Shown here piece by piece: positions 8,852 through 10,548 of a stretch of 10,548 nt of DNA. Source of the DNA: Bdellovibrionota bacterium. Its GTDB lineage: Bacteria; Bdellovibrionota_C; UBA2361; JBGSMV01. The stretch is taken from contig JBIKWF010000134.1 in NCBI GenBank assembly GCA_044356455.1, positions 1 to 10,548 of the forward strand, written 5' to 3'. The number at the start of each line of letters is the position of its first letter. The first letter of the stretch is position 1. The notes under the pieces were generated by a model. That model was not told the origin of the DNA. It did no database searches and saw only the letters and a program-made list of their open reading frames with translations. The position numbers were made by a program, and so were the translations under genes.

Positions 8852-8955
8852 AGCTTTAGCCCCTATTCCGCCGATTCATCGCGATCCCCTCGCGCAGGGT
8901 AAGGAGGCTGACTACCAATACCTGTTGGCCAGCGTTCGATTCCTCATTGAGAGGA

Positions 8956-8970
8956 TAAGAGAATCTCTTA
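8956..8970. repeat. Inverted repeat TAAGAGA-A-TCTCTTA
   Basis: Perfect 7-bp arms with a 1-nt spacer, directly abutting TCCTC-ATTGA-GAGGA (8941-8955). Confidence 0.85.
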
Positions 8971-9086
8971 GATTTGGAACTCCCGCTCTCCGTAAGTCCG
9001 CTAGATTATCGCTATAAGCGAATTAGTATCGTTAAGGCAAACTTTTCCAGGCTTCCAGCATAATCTTCAATTAGATATTTAGCCTT

Positions 9087-9830
9087 ATGGGAATCGTCTC
9101 AAAGGCATTAGGTTGTATCGGAGGTTACATGGCAATTGCTGTTCAAGCAGGCGCAAGAAATTCTACCCAAGATCATATGGCCCGAGGTGAGAAAGCCTTT
9201 GAGGCCGTCTCGTCACTTGCGCGTTCGTTCGCGGAAGGGGCGATGAGCCTCGGCAAAGCACTTGGCCGTGAAGCACTCTTTAGTCTCGGTTTCGCCCTCA
9301 ACAAGATCGACACTGCAGTTCAAATCGGAAGGGAAAACATCGCTGCCTTCCGAGAGTTCGCACGTGACACAAAGGAAGGTGCCATTGAGGTCAAGCAATC
9401 GGCAGTAAGTAAGTATCAGGAAGTGCGTTCCGGGATCGTAAAGCGTGCTGAAGACCTTAAGGAGATGGTTGTTGGGACAGTAGAGAGCTATCGCTTTTCT
9501 AACGCTACAGAATCGGCGCTTGGTAGAATGGGAGATATGAAGAAGGCTATTCTCAAGAGTGGGCTAACTTCAGAGCAGCAGAAGGAAGTTTTCGAGTACA
9601 TGCGCGAACAGGTAAAGGAAGAGCTTGCATTACTTAGGGAAGCTCGGATTCAGGCACAGTCGGGAACCGCTGAAGACATGGCCGAGGCTCGAAAGATTAT
9701 AGGCGGACGAGTGAGGAAGGGATTTGAGGAAGCCTTTGACGTAGTTGAGGCGAAAATTGAGGCTGTTCGAGCGCAAGCGAAGCTTGAGCAGGCAACTGCA
9801 GAGAGAGCGGGGCGACGAAAAGCGGCCTAG
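9087..9830 (+). CDS. ORF5: hypothetical all-helical protein (247 aa) with amphipathic 11-mer periodicity and a coiled-coil-like C-terminus
   Basis: Ala/Glu/Lys/Arg-rich and free of Pro. No clear SD, but an AT-rich leader precedes the ATG. Confidence 0.85.
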   Translation: MGIVSKALGCIGGYMAIAVQAGARNSTQDHMARGEKAFEAVSSLARSFAEGAMSLGKALGREALFSLGFALNKIDTAVQIGRENIAAFREFARDTKEGAIEVKQSAVSKYQEVRSGIVKRAEDLKEMVVGTVESYRFSNATESALGRMGDMKKAILKSGLTSEQQKEVFEYMREQVKEELALLREARIQAQSGTAEDMAEARKIIGGRVRKGFEEAFDVVEAKIEAVRAQAKLEQATAERAGRRKAA

Positions 9831-9881
9831 CCTCAAGCGTATCTTCCAAAAGAAAGTTTAATCATTCTTGTGAGACCTTAT

Positions 9882-10064
9882 ATGACGAACGAAGAACTAG
9901 CTGCCCGAATAAATGCACTAGAGAAAGAACTGAATCTTCTTGATGAGATGATTGAAACTTTCGATGCCGAGGCTGAGGCACTAGAGCAGATTGATCAAAG
10001 CACGCAAGGCCTTTTGGTTGAGCTAAAGATGGCGGCTGAAGAATTCGGGCTGGAGGTTGACTAG
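9882..10064 (+). CDS. ORF6: small, highly acidic coiled-coil protein (60 aa)
   Basis: MTNEELAARINALEKELNLLDEMIETFDAEAEALEQIDQSTQGLLVELKMAAEEFGLEVD has 17 D/E against 3 K/R and heptad-like Leu/Ile spacing. ATG 9882 is preferred over the track's GTG 9870. Tandem stops TAGTAG follow. Confidence 0.8.
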   Translation: MTNEELAARINALEKELNLLDEMIETFDAEAEALEQIDQSTQGLLVELKMAAEEFGLEVD

Positions 10065-10141
10065 TAGGGGAGCAGTCGCGAGAGAGGCCCGCGCCGAGAC
10101 AACGTGATCCCGAGTCAGTGTATAGAACACCGCTCGATATG

Positions 10142-10155
10142 CCGAAACGTTTCGG
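10142..10155. repeat. Perfect 14-bp palindrome CCGAAACGTTTCGG
   Basis: Read directly from the sequence; it equals its own reverse complement. Confidence 0.9.
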
Positions 10156-10253
10156 TAGCTTACCTCTTCTCGACAAGCTTTTTTTGAATTTGCTGCTCTC
10201 TTATGCTTCGACCGGGCGACTCCGGCTCATAATAGCAATGAGTAAACCGAGTT

Positions 10254-10258
10254 AGGAG
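10254..10258 (+). promoter_or_regulatory. Shine-Dalgarno site for ORF7
   Basis: AGGAG lies 7 nt before ATG 10266. Confidence 0.75.
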
Positions 10259-10265
10259 TTACTAT

Positions 10266-10548
10266 ATGCCGAGTCAAACTGCACCATCTCCCTCCTACCA
10301 TCGTCTTGACCCGCACGAGAAAAGCGCCCCCGGTTTCAAGAATAGTGCGTTCGAGAAGCTCGTGCATGCGGTGAGTCCTCAGAAAGACCGATCGGATTTG
10401 GCCTTTGGGAGCACTATCGCGCACAACTTTAGGTTGGCTAAAGGGGTTATGGGCTTTAGCGATGCGGCAATTACAAACCATTCGGGGCATGCCGAGATGC
10501 ACGGTCAAGCCGCAAAGCACTTGCTTCTAGTCAGAGAGGCTCTTGTCG
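10266..10548 (+). CDS. ORF7: hypothetical protein, 3'-truncated (not in the ORF track)
   Basis: Good SD plus ATG, and the frame is open for 94 codons to the window end: MPSQTAPSPSYHRLDPHEKSAPGFKNSAFEKLVHAVSPQKDRSDLAFGSTIAHNFRLAKGVMGFSDAAITNHSGHAEMHGQAAKHLLLVREALV. Same strand as all neighbours. Confidence 0.8.
   Translation, partial: MPSQTAPSPSYHRLDPHEKSAPGFKNSAFEKLVHAVSPQKDRSDLAFGSTIAHNFRLAKGVMGFSDAAITNHSGHAEMHGQAAKHLLLVREALV

Noticed and set aside
8849..8877. Sigma28-like TAAAGCTT-N13-GCCGATTC
   Set aside because: The spacer is 13 nt rather than about 11, the -10 is imperfect, and I found no convincing copies before the other genes.
8900..8907. Perfect SD TAAGGAGG suggesting a hidden small gene
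   Set aside because: No ATG, GTG or TTG lies at a usable spacing; the nearest TTG is 17 nt downstream.
58..9836. Many short minus-strand and alternate-frame ORFs (e.g. 3461-3976, 4960-5325, 5659-6195)
   Set aside because: They lie within long + strand CDSs and have antisense-shadow composition with no recognisable motifs.
10065..10140. TPP- or glycine-riboswitch-like words (AGGGGAGC...CCGAGA...TGATC; GAGAG...CGCCGA)
   Set aside because: The remaining conserved cores (TPP TAATGC/AGCG/AGGGA; glycine GAAGG...CTCAGG) are absent, so no known riboswitch is called.
9862..10176. 104-aa minus-strand ORF
   Set aside because: It is antisense to ORF6, which has far more protein-like coiled-coil character.
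10157..10185. Intrinsic terminator after ORF6
   Set aside because: A T-run is present, but the adjacent stem is only 5 bp with a 13-nt loop, too weak to call on its own.
10227..10520. 97-aa minus-strand ORF
   Set aside because: It overlaps the + strand ORF7, which has a good SD and matches the orientation of the locus.
1..10548. CRISPR array, IS/transposase, integrase, rRNA or intact tRNA
   Set aside because: I saw no regularly spaced repeats, recombinase motifs or complete cloverleaf.

Overview
The window holds seven co-oriented + strand CDSs and no housekeeping, mobile-element, rRNA or CRISPR feature that I can recognise. The first CDS runs in from the left edge. The last (10266..>10548) runs off the right edge and is missing from the ORF track. 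I cannot assign any protein to a named gene. Several carry readable motifs: Gly-rich hydrophobic hairpins (ORF1 C-terminus, ORF3 centre, ORF4 N-terminal part), pre-toxin/translocator-like segments in ORF3, a gluzincin-type HExxH...EEGLA metallopeptidase signature in ORF4, 11-residue amphipathic periodicity in ORF5, and a very acidic 60-aa helical protein (ORF6). Where the N-terminus is visible there is no obvious Sec signal peptide, and several N-termini are Ser/Ala/Pro-rich. My working hypothesis, which is inference, is an array of exported membrane-targeting effector or translocator-like proteins from a poorly characterised predatory or host-associated bacterium. Two intergenic regions contain unexplained structure: a nested multi-stem element at about 10065-10203 and a degenerate tRNA-like stretch at about 8883-8945.
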